Positions 42,192 to 56,419 of a stretch of 64,000 nucleotides of DNA are shown one piece after another. The translations under genes were made by a program, and so were the position numbers. Where the stretch lies: positions 10,416,001-10,480,000 of the forward strand of contig OZ024751.1 of assembly GCA_964016885.1 (NCBI GenBank), read 5' to 3'. The notes under the pieces were generated by a model that did no database searches, had not been told where the DNA came from, and worked only from the letters and a program-made list of their open reading frames with translations. Every line of letters starts with the position of its first letter. Position 1 is the first letter of the stretch. Origin of the DNA: Eledone cirrhosa (lineage: Eukaryota).

Positions 42192-45100
42192 CTGAAATTT
42201 ATAAATGTCGAAGTAATATTAACATATATATATACATATACAAAGGTTTACGAAAATCGTTGATATTAACTATTCTGTTGACAGGCGACTGTTTCTTACT
42301 CCAGTTGTTATCGCTAGAATTCAGTACCCTAGTTTCGTATTTTATTTTCAACCCCAAAAGGGTGAAAGGCAAAGTTGGTCTGTGTGATTTGAAAGCTGAG
42401 AACAGAGCCAGAACTAATATAATGAGGCATATAACTATTAACATATTGTAATGATTGGTGGCAAATTGGCAGAGTCATTAGAACATCAGATAAAATGCTT
42501 TGCGGTATTTAGTTACAGCTCTCTTCTCTTTGAGTTCAAATCCCGCCGAGGTCAACTTTGCCTTTCATCCATTTGGGGTCAACAAAAAAAAAAAGTACCA
42601 GTCTGGTACTGGGATCAATTCTTCCTTTACTATATATTTCTCACTTCCATTCTCCCAATATCTATCCTTCTTTGAAAGAAATCAGACCTGGAGAGGAGTT
42701 GGGCTCTGCCAGGTTTAAAAATGCCATATGTCAGTAAGGTGCCCTACAACTCCCTACAATGATTTAGCAGAAAATAACTGAAAATGTTTTTTTTTTAATT
42801 CAAATATCTATAGTAACTTTACTAGTAGTTGCATCAAACTAAAATAATGATTTCTACTATATCATCATCATCACCATTTTACGTCCCTTCTACGCTAGCA
42901 TGGGTTAGATGGGTTGTCCTGTTGTGGGTAGTGTCAGGTCGGCTGACCTTGTCTTGTTCATACGGGAACTGATTCTGGCTCGATTTTTACAGCTGGATGC
43001 CCTTCCTAACCCCAACCTCATTTACACTGAATGCCGGGTGCTTTTTGTTTCTGTGGCGCCTACACGTCCACTTTACAGTGTGGGCTGAGTGCTTTTTTTG
43101 CCGTGGAATGATAGGGACCCCAGTCCTATCATCTCATTTCTACAGCTGAGTAAACTGGAGCAATGTGAAATAAAGTGTCTTGCTCAAGGAAACAACACAT
43201 CACCCAGTCCGAGAATTGAACTCACAGCCTTTCGATTGCAAGCCCAATGCTCTAACCACTAAGCCAATTTTTTGTGTGTGTGTGTGTGTGTGGGGGGGGG
43301 GGGGGTCGATTAAATGTACCCCAGTGTATTATTCGTGCTTTATCTTTATTAACATCGTAAGGATGAAAGTCAAAGCTAACCTGGGATTTCAACTCAGAAA
43401 GTCAAGGGCCATAACTATGCCACAAAGCATGGTGTCCAACACTACCGATACTGCCAATTTTTAATGTGATGCAATCATAGTATAATTTTGTACTTATCAA
43501 GAATTTCTTGCTAATGTGTTTTCATGTAGTATAGGATGTTAAAAGTTAATGCAATTCTCCAACAACTCCGCCAATTTACTACCTTAACCCTTTAGCGTTT
43601 AAACTGGCTGTATCTGGCCAAAATTCTCTAACCTCTTTCTGTTCAAACCAACCATAACCAGCTATTCATACTTATGTTAAGGTATTGTTCTAAAAAAATA
43701 CAATACTAAAATCTTATAGATTCAATATTACGTGAGATAATTATGTAAGATAAAGCCTTTAATACAAAAATACAATAGTAAATATAGAGTAATGTAAATG
43801 TTAATGGGTTAAAGAAAAGGGTTACGCTTATCATTTTGTAAAAACCTAGAAGATTTATTAATTAATTTTTCTGGTAGTAGTCATTGTATAGTGTCCATTT
43901 TGGGACACCATATTCAAGGGGTTTAGTTAATCATACTGACCAGTATCTTTTAGGTTTGGGTAAGAATATGTTATCTAATGTGTCTTTTCCTTATTTACTA
44001 CAGTAAATATCATATATTCGATAATATGTGAGAGAATTATGTGAAATAAAGTGTTTACTGTGACAATACAATAGTAAGTATAGAGTAATGTAAATGCTAA
44101 AGGGTTAAATGAAATTATAACAAGATAGAGTTAAGAATTACCTCTTTTGACAGCATGCCAGAGATGGTCTTTGCTGGTACAGTCATCGAATGCCACAGGT
44201 AGCTGAACTTTACCAGAACAGATATACCAAAACAGGATTCCAAAAGCATAAATATCAACACTATTGTCATATCTACCAGTAAATAACTCTGGTGCCATGT
44301 GTATTGGAGTGCCAACAATACTGCCGCTCATCATTGCTTCTGGTTTACAGAATCCAAGATCAGTTAACTTGCCACGATTCTGTTTGTCAAGCTAATTCAA
44401 AGAAAGGAAATGTCATTGAATTAATAATGTATGAAGCTGAATTTTCGTCTTTTAAGCACTGAGAATGAATATATATATTCAAAATAGTGAGCGCATAGGA
44501 CAAAGACAATGGAAAATAAAACAATGGTAAGACAGACAGTCCCATCTTCTCAGTCAATCTCTGGAAATCATTATGGTTTTAGTGTATTAAGATCAATACC
44601 ATTCATTCCAGTGCTCAAGTGCAGAGATGCTATAAAGAAGGCTTATAAAATAGGGTGGAGACCCTTAAAAGAGAGAAAAAGAAGTTGCCACTGGCATTGA
44701 ATTAATTATGGTAAAGTTACAGAAGAAAAGTGATAGGAAAATATAATTTGTTTCAAAAAGATAAGACAAGTTCAGAATTAATCTGGTTTTGTTGTTTTTT
44801 TTTTGTTACATTTTTTAAAATTATATAACACTTCTTTGAGGATGGGGGGGGAGGTCTCTGAAGATCTGCTGTCAAGCTCTCCCGAGAGTTTCTTACCACT
44901 AACAGTTTTGAGCATTAATCTGAGAAGTTTCTGGGATATATTATATTTTAATGTTTAGTGAGGAGACTAAATTGGTGAGATATAAGAAGATACCCTCAAG
45001 CCCGAGTCCTTGTCAGAAATACTTGCAACAGATTAGACTCCACTAAAGGAGCACAAGGGTAGCCAGGTGCTGGTGTTAAACACAACAACTGATAAAGTCT

Positions 45101-48100
45101 AACACCCAAGTAGGCCTCAGTAAGAGTTGAACTAAGAATACAAAGAACCAATATTTCACACAATGCTCTAACAATTCTGCCAATCCAGTACCTTTAACTG
45201 GTACCACAGTACCCTTGATTGGTACCCTGGTACCCTCAACTGGTACCTCGGTACTCTAAACTGGTACCCTGGTACCCCTGATTGGTACCTCAGTACTCTA
45301 AACTGGTACCCCAGTACCCTCAACTGCTACCCCAGTACTCTTGATTGGAACCCTGTACTCTTAACTGGTGCCCCATTACTCTTAACTTGTACCTCAGTAC
45401 TCTTAACAGGTACTCTGGTATCCTTAACTGGTACCCCAGTGCCCTTGATTGGTACTCCTTACATTAAGTACCATATGCCAGCTAAAGAATGAAATAGCTA
45501 ATAACTTTAATAAATATATGCAAATTCTTAATTAATTAATTTAAATCCTTGCAAATTCTTATTCATTACTTTAAATATAGTGTAAAATTCTTCATTAATT
45601 AATTTAACCCTTTAGCATTTAAACCAGCTGTATCTGGCCAGAATTCTTTCACCTCTTTCTGTTCAAACTGGCCACAACTGGCCACTCATACTGATGTTAA
45701 GGTATTGTTCTCAAAATAAATAACATCAAAATCTCATAGATTCGATATTATGAGATAATTATGTAAGATAAAGCCTTTACTGCTAAAATACAATAGTATA
45801 TATAGAGTAATGTAAATGCTAAAGGGTTAAATACAGTTTCAAATTCATCATTAAATAATTCAAATACAGAGTATTTCATTAGCAAAATGAAAGGGTTAAT
45901 ATAAAGTCTGAGGTTAATTTTGGGGTGTGGGGATCACATAACAAAAACAAACCAACTTTATATTTGACTATGTACAGCATGTAAACTTCTATTAAAAAAA
46001 AAATTATCTTAATGGTCAAAGTATTAAAATTACTTACCAGAACATTTTTCATTTTTATATCTCTGTGTACCAACCCTTGACTGTGAAGATAACGGATGCC
46101 CTCTACTACATCAATTGCTACTTGTAATCTATAGAATAACAAAACAATGATACAATGATACACGGGGGTGCTGAAAAGTTCCTGGCTTCATTGCTGCTAC
46201 AGAAGCCTGGTTGGAGGCCCACCCGAGTTCTTTTGACCGGGCTTAGAAAAACTGAAGGACCGCTGCAATAAGTGTGTGAATCTGGGAGGGGAATATGTTG
46301 AATAAAATCATAATTAACAGATCCTCCTGTATTTTCTTTTAGCCAAAGCCAGGAACTTTTCAGCACCCCCTTGTATGTGAAGATATCACACACCTGTATA
46401 TGAAGATATCAGACACCCGTATGTGAAGATACAATATACCTATATATGAAGATATCATACACCTATATATGAAGATACCACAGGCATAATATACCTGGAC
46501 AAAGGGGTGCTGAAAAGTTCCTTACTTGATTGCTGCTACAGAGGCCTGGTTGGAGGCCCACCCGAGTTCTTTTTACAAGGTTTAGAAAAACTGAAGGACT
46601 GCAGCAATAAGTGTGTGAATCTGAGAGTAGAATATGTTGAATAAAATCATAATTAACTGATCCTCCTGTATTTTCTTTTACCTAAAGCCAGGAATTTTTC
46701 AGCAACCCCCTCGTATATAGTGGAGTGGCTCTAATGGAGACATCCTAACATCAGTATGGACCAGTTACTGTAAAAGTGTGCAAACTATGTAACTTAACAC
46801 TTGTGTGCCATATGAATGCAATCCAATCCAGTCCAGGGCTTGCTCACTCCTGTTGAAAGAACCCATCCCTGGCTGACTCACTGCTTTCTGTTTGGTTTTG
46901 GCTATGTCAGGATTGTAGCTGTACTCACCACACATAGCCAATTACAGATTGGTGAGGCAATTTAACCCATGGTTAGGGTGGATTGCTGTTGACTCACCCC
47001 TTTTAACAATTCTTGTTTTATTTTATGCTGCTGGGGTCCCACTTACCCTCACAACCAGACCAGCGGGAGCCTGTTTAGTTGCTGACCACTCAACCATGAA
47101 GTAGGTTGTACTGGGTTACATGGTACCAGTAGCAGGTAAAAGCCTGACCTGATTAGACCAGGGTCTGGTGGGGGGAGCTAGTTTAGTTGCTGACCACTCA
47201 ACCATGAAGTAGGTTATACTAGGTTACATAGTTCCAGTAGCAGGTAAAAGCCAGACCTGAATGGAATCAGTTAAGTATAATTGGTTGTAATTGCAATTCT
47301 AAGCATTTGAATTCATGCAATCCTGCCAAGGTTAACTTTACATTTTGTTCTTTTTCTCACTGTAGGGTCAATAAAATGAAGAACCAGACTAGAACAGAGA
47401 ATTTTTAGAGTAGTGGATGAGATGATTTGCAGTATTATTTCCAGTACTATCATTCTAAGTTCAAAACACTTTACAGAGATCCTAAGGGGCCACTGTTTAA
47501 TACTTTACAGGGATTAAGACCTGGAGAGGGTTGGGCTCCGCCAGGTTTAAAAGTGCCCTAGAAACTCCATATGACAGTTCTTCTATGACTCCACAAGCAG
47601 TTATGGAATCTTCATCCTATCCTCCTCATATTCAATGATTTAAAAGAAAAGAACCACAATCAATATCTAAAAAGGAAAGTTGAAACAGAATTAAGAAACT
47701 TACCGACTTAACCAGTCTAAGTGTTGCTTAATAGCTGTGTGTAGATCACGCTGTAATCGATCCATTATAAGCAGGACAGCTGGTGATAATCCACCACAGT
47801 ACAGGTAGTCTATCACAGAACCACGAATGGATACAATACGATTGTGTTCTGGAATATTCCTGGGGAAAAACGATCACAGAAAGAAATATAATTTATTGCG
47901 TCACAGCCATGATTTGAACTCCCAACTCTTAATCTTCTGACAATTTAATCTCTAGTCATTTAATTTGCTGAACATAGAAAATGTCAAACTAAACCTAATT
48001 CGGCAGGTATTGATACTAAAGACAACAGACAATAATGTGAATTTTATTTTAACACTTCACAGGGATAAGGGCCTCTGTTTAACACTTTATGGGGATTATA

Positions 48101-51100
48101 AAGGGCCACTGTTTAACATTTTACAGGGATAAGGGGGCAGGGTTTATCACTTTAAAGGGATCATAAAGGGGCACTATTTAACACTTTAGGGATCATAAGA
48201 GGCCACTCTTTAACAATTTGTAGAGATCATAAAGGGTCATTGTTTAAAAAAGAGGCATTAGTGCTGCCATGATAACATACACCCAGCCCCAACTGTAAAG
48301 GAGTAGTGATGGTTCAATGATAACATATACCCAGCCCAAACTGTAAAGGGGCAGTACTGCTGCCATGATAAGATATACCCAGCCCAAACTGTAAAGGGGC
48401 AGTACTGTTGCCATGATAACATATACCCAGCCCAAACTGTAAAGAGGCATTACTGCTGCCATGATAACATACACCCAGCCCCAACTGTAAATGAGTAGTG
48501 TTGGTTCCATGATAAAATGCACCCTGTACATGCTGTAAAGGGATGGTGTTAGGAAGGGCAGCTGGCTGTAGAAATCAAGCCCAAAATATTACATATGAGC
48601 AAGGCATGGTTACCTAACTGGTCTGGCCTCAGAACGTGACAGCCTATCTAACCGATCCAAGCATTAAAAATAGATGTTAAATTATGATGATGGTGATGAT
48701 TCATTCCATAGTTACATACTTGTAGGTAAGTTGCAGTTTTGTTAAATAAAACAAATTGCGTGCAAAAAGCACATGTGACTTATTTACCAAACCTTACTAT
48801 AAAGGTCAAAGGTTAAAGCCAAAATATTATAAACACAACTGATCTATGAGTGTATGTTCCTATTAATACTTGACTCTTTCATTTTTGTTGTGGCACCAGC
48901 ATGAAGCTCTTATGGGGTCGGGGTGGGGGGTCGGATAGACATCATCAGCATCACTGTTTAACATTTATTTTCCATACTTGTTATAGGTTAAAAGGATTGT
49001 TCTGTTCTGGGACTAGGTAGGTCAGATGACTGTATTGCTTATACCTTCCTTTCTGGGCATATGTATATATATATATATGTCTGTTTCTTTCTTACTGCTT
49101 TCCCTTTTCTCTGTATCTCTCACTTCCTTTTACCCCCCTCTAACAGTCACTCTCTCTGTTAGCCTCTTCCTCCCCTTTCACTCACTCACTCTCTGCTACT
49201 CCCTCTCCTACTTCCTCCCGTTTGACCGGTGCGAGATTCTTTCCTCACGCACACTTTGACTAGGTCGGATGGTCTTTATTCTCTCTCGTCTACGATTTCA
49301 CAGAACATATGTTCACCAATTTCAGGGACTTGACTCTTTCTTCCTCACTTTTCGTTGCATTACCATCTTTGATTGTTTACTGTCTTGCTCATTCCCCCTA
49401 TTTACGTGTCCCAACGACTTTCTTTAGCCGTTGCTCGCACCAACCGGAGATATATGGTCTTTAAAGCGATGAAACACCAATGAAGGTTGGAATATCACTG
49501 ATGAAGGACTAAATTTATTCATATGTAACCCATTTGCAACCACGCATCATGCCATGTTTTCATATTCATATATATATACATGAGTCCCGGGCTCACTCAG
49601 GGGTAGCCACAGCAAGTAAGGTACTCAATACATTAGTAGAGTGTAAACATCTTATTTAATATAGAATTGGCTTCTACAGGAATAGAACTGTTTCATTCAA
49701 AAGAAATCATCAATTTGGAATGAAACAGTTCTAGTCCTGTAGAAGCCATTTCTATATTAAACATGATATCATCATCATCATCATCGTTTAACATCTATCT
49801 TCCATGCTAGCATGGGTTTAGATGGAGCATGGGTTTATATATATATATATATCATAAATTCTATAAAATGTACACAATGCAGATCCTGGGTACACAAGAG
49901 ATGTAGTGGGATAACAGGCAAACTAACAGGTAGGGAAAACTACATATGCAGTAGATGTACAGGGAAAGTTGACAGTAGAAGTCGCAGTGATAGACACATT
50001 TTTCAAATGCAGGTAGGATTTAGAGAGGTGGTTGATAGCTTTCGATACCTAGGTGATCAGATTAGTAAGGGCGGAGGGTGCTCCACAGCCATAGTATCTA
50101 GAATAAGGACTGGTTGGAAAAAGTTTAGGGAGCTGCTTCCTCAGTTGAGAAAGAAGGGTTTCTCCCTACGAACAAAAGGCTGGTTATATGATGCAGGTGA
50201 GATGCGTGATGCTACATGGTAGTGGGACATGGGCAGCAACTGTGGAGGATATGCAACGGCTGGAGAGAAATGAAGCAAGCATGCTCCGTTGGATGTGCTG
50301 CAATGTCAATGTGCGTGAACAACCAAGCATAGATGATTTGAGAGAGAAACTGTGTATAAGAGGGATAAGTTGTAGTGTGCGGAAGAGAAGACTGCGATGG
50401 TATGGACATGTGATGTGCATGGAGGATGACCGCTGGGTAAAGATGTGCCAAGAAATCCCAGTAGAGGAAGATCAAGAAAAACATGGACGGAGGTGGTGAT
50501 TGCTGACCTCAGATCGCTGAAGCTCACGGAGGAGATGACAAAGGACTGTGATGAATGGAGAGATGCTGTGCTGAATAGGACCTGTCTCACCCTTACGAGC
50601 AGGGAAAAGTGGACATAAAATGATGATGATGATGATGATGATAGATATATATTATATATATATACACTATATTGTATGAAATACATGACAAACTGGCATA
50701 CATCTTCCTAGGCTCTCTGAGTTTTTCATAGCAATATACACCATCATCATCCTTATATATATATATATAGAGAAAATTGAGGTTGGTAATGGCACATGGA
50801 ATATATAAGAGACAGAATACTTTTTTGTGAAAAAACATAATTTTATAAGGTAAGGAAATAATAAAGGGTATAAAAAATGACCGGTTTCGATGGGTCTGCA
50901 AAAGCCATCTTTTCAAATGTTGATTAATATTAAGAAAAATTAATAATACGAAGAGTTAAAATTTGAGACTTGAAAATTCAAGTATAAAATTCATTGTGGG
51001 ATTTCATAGCAGTTTTCATCTAGGTAGCAACAACAGGTTGACTGCTGTGTCCCTTTCTGGTAGTGAATGAGAAGTTATTTGGGGTGTGGGTTATTTTATA

Positions 51101-51277
51101 AAGGTCAGATTTAGCAATCACCAACTGGCCAGCTGCTGGTCAGTGAGGGGGTGGAAGCAATATACATACACATATCTTCCTGTGATGGGTAGGAGAGTGG
51201 AGCGTGATAGAAAGGGATTTAGTGCACTTACACCTATATATACACACATACCTTCATCCACACATACATACATATAC

Positions 51278-51316
<39 letters not shown>

Positions 51317-51373
51317 CACACATACATACACACACACATACATATACATACACACATACACATATATACACAT

Positions 51374-51428
<55 letters not shown>

Positions 51429-51467
51429 TATATATACATACACATACATCCAGATACACACATACAT

Positions 51468-51498
<31 letters not shown>

Positions 51499-54400
51499 CA
51501 CACACACACATATATATATACATACACACATACAAACATACACACACACATATATATACACACATACACACACATATATATACACACACACACACACACG
51601 CATATATATATACACATACGCATACATCCAGATACCCACATACATACACACACACACACACACACACGCACACACAATACATACATCCACATGCACACAC
51701 ATACACACACACACACATATACACATACATACACCCACACACAGAGAAATGGCCTTCAAATATATATATATATATATATATATACATACAGACACATATA
51801 TTTTTTCCATAATATAAGAAGTTGGGGCAGTGAAATTAAAATACAAGTCATTCTGATCACATTGAGTTCTTCATGTAGAAATCCCACAATGAAATCCCGC
51901 TATGAAATCCCACAATGAATTTTATACTTGAATTTTCAAGTCTCAAATTTTAACTCTTCGTATTATTAATTTTTCTTAATATTAATCAACATTTGAAAAG
52001 ATGGCTTTTGCAGACCCATCGAAACCGGTCATTTTTTATACCCTTTATTATTTCCTTACCTTATAAAATTATGTTTTTTCACAAAAAAGTATTCTGTCTC
52101 TTATATATTCCATGTGCCATTACCAACCTCAATTTTCTCTATAACCTTCGTTTTGTGTAGAAAATTACACTTTTCATATATATATATATATATATGGAGG
52201 CACATGGCTTAGTGGTTAGAGCATTGGCCTTGCAATCGAAAGGTTGTGAGTTCAATTCTCAGACCGGGTGATGTGTTGTTTCCTTGAGCAAGACACTTTA
52301 TTTCACATTGCTCCAGTTTACTCAGCTGTAGAAATGAGATGATATGGACTTGAGTCCCTATCATTCCACTGCAAAGTGGTCGTGGAGGTGCCACGGCAAA
52401 AAAAAGCACCCAGCACTCACTGTAAATGAGGTTGGTGTTAGGAAGGGCATCCAGCTGTAGAAATCAAGCCAGAATCAGTTCCCGTCCCACCCTTGCAAGC
52501 AGGGAAAAGTGGACGTAAAATGAAATGATGGAAATGATGATATATATATATAAACATAAATATATGGTGTGTGTATATGCCAGTTTTTATAATAGATACA
52601 CTGTATCCCTGTGTGTTGGAAAAGCCAACGAAAAGGGTTGACAACAGGAAGGGCATCTGGTTGTAAAACATTGTCTCAAAATATATCTGCCTCATTTCCA
52701 CGCCAGCATGGAAGAGTGGACATAAAAATGATGATGATGACAATAATACATAAGAATAACAACTAAAGAATACTTGGTACCAATTATATATAGAAAGAAA
52801 GATAGAAAGATAAAGTATAGAAGAGTTTCTTACTTGGCATAAAAGAGTTCCATGGCCAAGTCATTCCAATGTTTCTCATCAGGAGGGATCACAGATTTGA
52901 TGGCACATGGAGAATTATTTCCCCATGAGTTACAGGAATATACTACACCATACTGGCCTCTACCTACTTCACGACCCATTTGTGGGAGACCTGGTTAGAA
53001 TACAGAAAAAAGAAACATTATAACAGAAAGGAATTGTTTTGAAAGAATATGATTGCAAATACAAACAGCTGAAATGGAGGTTCTGCAGGGTCTTTGGAGT
53101 AAAATTATCCGACAGATTGCCTAGCTCGGAGATTAAAGAATACAAGTAGCTGAAATGGGGTTCCTCCGAAGGGTCTTTGGAGTAACACTAGCCAATAGAT
53201 TGCATAGCTTGGAGATCAGAGAATACAAGCAGCCGAAATTGGGTTCCTCCAAAGGGTCTTTGGAGTGATGTTACTTGATAGATTGCATAGCTTGGGGATC
53301 AGAGAGTTGCTCCAGGTAGAGCTGCTACTTCTCCGAACTGAGAGATCACAGCTCCGTGGTTAGAACGTCTTAGGAAAGAATTGTTGGACAGATTTTACAG
53401 ATAAAACCAACTGACAGACCACCCAGGGATAGAGTAGACCCCGAGAAAGATGTTTTGATAACATCCATGAGCTTGGCTGGTCTCGCTTAGGGATCTAGCT
53501 GGATCAATTGGAGACTTGCTTCTGACAGAACCTACTGGAAGGCGTGCTTGAGAACTCTGGCCCCACGACCCTTTCAGGATGAAGAAGAAAAGGAACTGTC
53601 ATTATTATTTTTATTTATTTAGGGTGGTGAATTGGCAGTATTAGTAGAGGGTCAGACATGCTTTCCAGCGTAGTTACGTCCCTTTACGATCTGAGTTCAA
53701 ATCCAGCCGAGGTTAACTTTGCCTTTCATCCTTACGGGGTCGATAAAATAAAGTACCAGTAATGTACTGGGTAATTGCTGGCCTTGTGCCAAAAGTAGAA
53801 ACAATTATTTTTATTTATTATTATTACTAAGAGGGTCGGACGCCTTGCTTTGACGCATAGAGTTACGGCCCTTGCCATTCTGAGTTCAAATCACGACGAG
53901 GTTAACTTTGCCTTTCATCCTAACGGGGTCGATAAAATAAAGTACCAGTAATGTACTGGGTATTTGCTGGCCTTGTGCCAAAAGTAGAAACAATTATTAC
54001 TAAATGAGAGTGACGTCTTCTCCCTCATTCTGCCACATACTCTCTCTCTAAACAAATGGCGTTCCTTTTCTCTCTCTATTTATGTATATCTCCTTCACTT
54101 GGCACTCCCCCTCACTCTATACAGATGAGGGAAAACTCATAACTTTCTGCCACAAATAGTAATAGAGATTGAGACAAAATATCTTGGGTTTATCCTGGCT
54201 CTCTGCATGCTGAGTTCATATTCTACTGAGGTCAATTTTGCCCTTCATTTTTTTTTTCTGGGGTCAATAAAGAAATGCTAGTCTAGGGCAGTGGTTTGGT
54301 CATGTCATTAGAACATTAGTTAAAAACGCCAAAAAAAAAACAAAAAAAACCCAGAACAATTACCACAAACCATCTCATTCAATGCTCCAACATTTCTCTC

Positions 54401-55707
54401 AATCTACAACTGGTACTTTACTGGTACTTTATTTTATTGAATGATGAAAGATAAATTTTACCATAATGATATTTGAACTTGGAGAGATGACTGCCAGAAC
54501 AAACACCACAAGGTACTTTAATCTATGTTCTATTAACCCTTTCATGACTGCATTGTTAATGAAATACACTATTTTAATTAATGAAGAATTTTGAGGGATT
54601 TACTAATGAAATACACTATTCTAATTAATTGTTTCTACTTTGGGCACAAGGCCAGCAATTTGAAGGAGAGTGGAAAGTCGATTAAATCGAACCCCAGTAC
54701 ATTACTGGTACTTTATCGAGTCTGTAAGGATGACAGGCAAAGCTAACCTCGGTGGGATTTGAACTCAGAACATAAAGTGCCATAACTCTATGACACGAAG
54801 CATGGTTTCGACCCTCTACCGATACTGCTAATCCATTGCCCTTTTCTAATTAATGAAGAATTTTCAGGGATTTACTAATGAAATACACACTATTCTAATT
54901 AATGAAGAATTTTCAGTGATTTACTGAAATTATTAATTATTTTATTACTAAGACAGTAACTTAATGTAAGGTTCTTATGTAAAATTATGTTGGAAGATTT
55001 AAATTTAAATGGGAAACCTTTAAAATGGGTGGTTTTATTTCATAGAACCAGAGCCAGTTTTGGCCGGGTTTGTAACTAAAAGGAATAATTCTGCCAATTT
55101 ACTGCTTGATACTAATACTTCCAACAGAGAGATCCCCAGTAAAAGAATCTATGGATAAAGTGGGAAATATCTTGGGTGACTGGATATGTGTAAATAAAGT
55201 TAAAAAGAAGAAGAAAATTAAGGGCGATGAGGAAGGACGATGGGGAAGAGAAGGAGGAAAAGAGAAGAAAGAAAGAGGAAGAGAAGAGAGGAAATGAGGA
55301 GGAGGGGAGGAAAAGAGTAAAAGAAGAGAGGAAAAAAGGAAGAGAATAGAGAAAAAGATGAAGAAGGGAAAGAGAAAAAGAGGAAGGGGAAGCGGAAAAG
55401 AGAAAAAGAGGAAGAGAAGAAGAAAGGAAAAAAAGGAAGAAAAAAAGATGAGCAGGAGGAGGAGGTACCTGGCAGGTAAAACAGTAAATTATTCTTACCA
55501 TAGAAAGCATTATCTCTTAAGGAAGAACTTTCCAGTGCCAACTTGGCAACTTTTGGTGCATGATACTTTCTCACTCGAATCCTATTGACTTCAATTTTGT
55601 CCATACGATTGACATGTTTGTTCTCAAGCTGTCTCAAAGCTGTCAGGAAAGTCGTATGTGATTTCTTCAAACGTTCCTTTATTTGGGAGGAAATACTCTT
55701 TGCTAAC
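42043..55707 (-). CDS. DSTYK: Dual serine/threonine and tyrosine protein kinase, last 6 coding exons; 5' exons not found in window
   Basis: Exons 55499-55707, 52834-52990, 47704-47859, 46038-46128, 44142-44391, 42043-42191 join in frame. DSTYK-typical strings: [70 protein letters not shown]. Confidence 0.96.
44142..44391 (-). CDS. DSTYK: DSTYK exon (DLG, APE, subdomain IX)
   Basis: [55 protein letters not shown]. Confidence 0.96.
45185..45457. repeat. ~19-20-bp degenerate minisatellite (ctggtacc...)
   Basis: Repeated aactggtaccccagtaccct variants. Confidence 0.85.
45604..45830. mobile_element. piggyBac-like MITE (~225 bp); many copies (347-3470 region, 8525-8850, 9100-9230, 15000-15360, 43583-43812, 55771-56548)
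   Basis: TTAA|CCCTTTAGCATTTA ... TAAATGCTAAAGGG|TTAA: 14-bp TIRs starting CCC with TTAA flanks. Confidence 0.85.
46038..46128 (-). CDS. DSTYK: DSTYK exon (catalytic loop)
   Basis: [30 protein letters not shown]. Confidence 0.96.
46159..46716. mobile_element. Two tandem mariner-like MITEs (46159-46375, 46503-46716)
   Basis: TIRs GGGGGTGCTGAAAAGTTCCTGGCT / AGCCAGGAACTTTTCAGCACCCCC with TA flanks; separated by a ~24-bp minisatellite. Confidence 0.75.
47704..47859 (-). CDS. DSTYK: DSTYK exon (subdomains IV-V)
   Basis: [14 protein letters not shown]...[14 protein letters not shown]. Confidence 0.95.
48245..48540. repeat. ~51-bp tandem repeat derived from SINE/RTE tail sequence
   Basis: gccatgataacatatacccagcccaaactgtaaag repeated ~5 times; explains ORF 48244-48531. 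Confidence 0.85.
49855..50641 (+). mobile_element. RTE LINE 3' fragment (PHD finger to tail), antisense in DSTYK intron
   Basis: [28 protein letters not shown]; (GAT)n tail. Confidence 0.9.
50765..52143. mobile_element. Penelope-like inverted terminal-repeat pair (~245 bp perfect inverted repeat) around a microsatellite
   Basis: 50765-51010 is the reverse complement of 51899-52143; each arm has a degenerate hammerhead ...gatgg-loop-ccatc-GAAACCGGTC. Confidence 0.7.
51235..51800. repeat. Compound (CA)/(TA) microsatellite
   Basis: Direct inspection. Confidence 0.95.
52196..52540 (+). mobile_element. tRNA-headed SINE with RTE-derived tail (many copies, e.g. 3665-4027, 9415-9733, 16035-16348, 24085-24400, 42860-43265, 58090-58396, 58970-59320)
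   Basis: A box TGGCTTAGTGG, B box GAGTTCAATTC, central ccttgagcaagacactt and AGGAAGGGCATCC blocks, (GAT)n tail shared with the RTE. Confidence 0.85.
52834..52990 (-). CDS. DSTYK: DSTYK exon (kinase subdomains I-III)
   Basis: [15 protein letters not shown]...[20 protein letters not shown]. Confidence 0.95.
53620..53997 (+). mobile_element. Second SINE family, two tandem copies (many others, e.g. 8875-9045, 17695-17880, 20845-21165, 29810-29990, 40073-40251)
   Basis: GAGTTCAAATC B box plus gcctttcatccttacggggtcgataaa (Nin-domain-like) core; the copy at 40073-40251 has a 13-bp TSD GAGATTTTACATA. Confidence 0.8.
55499..55707 (-). CDS. DSTYK: DSTYK exon ([13 protein letters not shown]...[17 protein letters not shown])
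   Basis: Pre-kinase helical region; AG/GT boundaries. Confidence 0.92.
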
Positions 55708-55784
55708 CTGTGTCAAAAATAAACCATCTCATATGTTCACAATAAATGACATGAAATTAGGAAACTAAATTTAACCCTTTAGCA

Positions 55785-56419
55785 CAGTGGTCGCCAACCT
55801 TTCGGACCTCACCGACCACTAAATTCATAATTTTAAGTTCCGCAGACCACTAATATGAATTTTTTTAGAAAGATAAATACATTTGTAAAATAATGATCAG
55901 AGAACTTCCATTTTATTAAACAATACTGAAGTGTACATATATCATATTGTCGATAGATGATACATCATTATCATCATCACTGTTTTATGTCTGTTTCCAT
56001 GCTAGCATGGGTTGGAGAGGTTGTCCTGTTGTGGGCAATGCCAGATCAAGTGACCATATCTTGCTCATACAGGACTGATTTTGGCTCGGTTTATACAGCT
56101 GGATGCCCTTCCTAACACTAACCTCACTTACAGTGTGGACTGGGTGCTTTTTGTCGTGACACCTACATAACCACTTTACAGTGAGAGGGGCATGGGGGCA
56201 TATTGTCTATATGCTTCAGCTTCGGCTTGTACCCGTGTAAAATACATATGATACATATGTGTAAAATTCTTTCATGAATGTTAGTTCTTTACTGAGGAGA
56301 AACATTTTTTAGGGGTGTTTTAAAATATATTTTAACCAAATATTTTTGTTTTATTATTAATATTAAAAATTGCAAATAATGTCCAATTTTTTTTGCAGAC
56401 CACGAGTTGGTGACTGTTG
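55785..56419. mobile_element. hAT-like MITE with 8-bp TSD, containing a SINE
   Basis: CAGTGGTCGCCAAC...GTTGGTGACTGTTG; TSD CTTTAGCA at 55777-55784 and 56420-56427. Confidence 0.8.

Noticed and set aside
51086-51918. Long ORFs of 168-243 aa (HT/YI/VC-rich)
   Set aside because: Translations of CA/TA microsatellite, open in most frames.
52196-52270. Additional tRNA genes (also ~3955-4027, 7800-7875, 58090, 58970)
   Set aside because: tRNA-derived SINE heads: no proper acceptor stem, and they continue into SINE body.
55106-55588. K/E/R-rich and F/S/L-rich ORFs
   Set aside because: Purine-rich low-complexity intron; only 55499-55707 is a real DSTYK exon.
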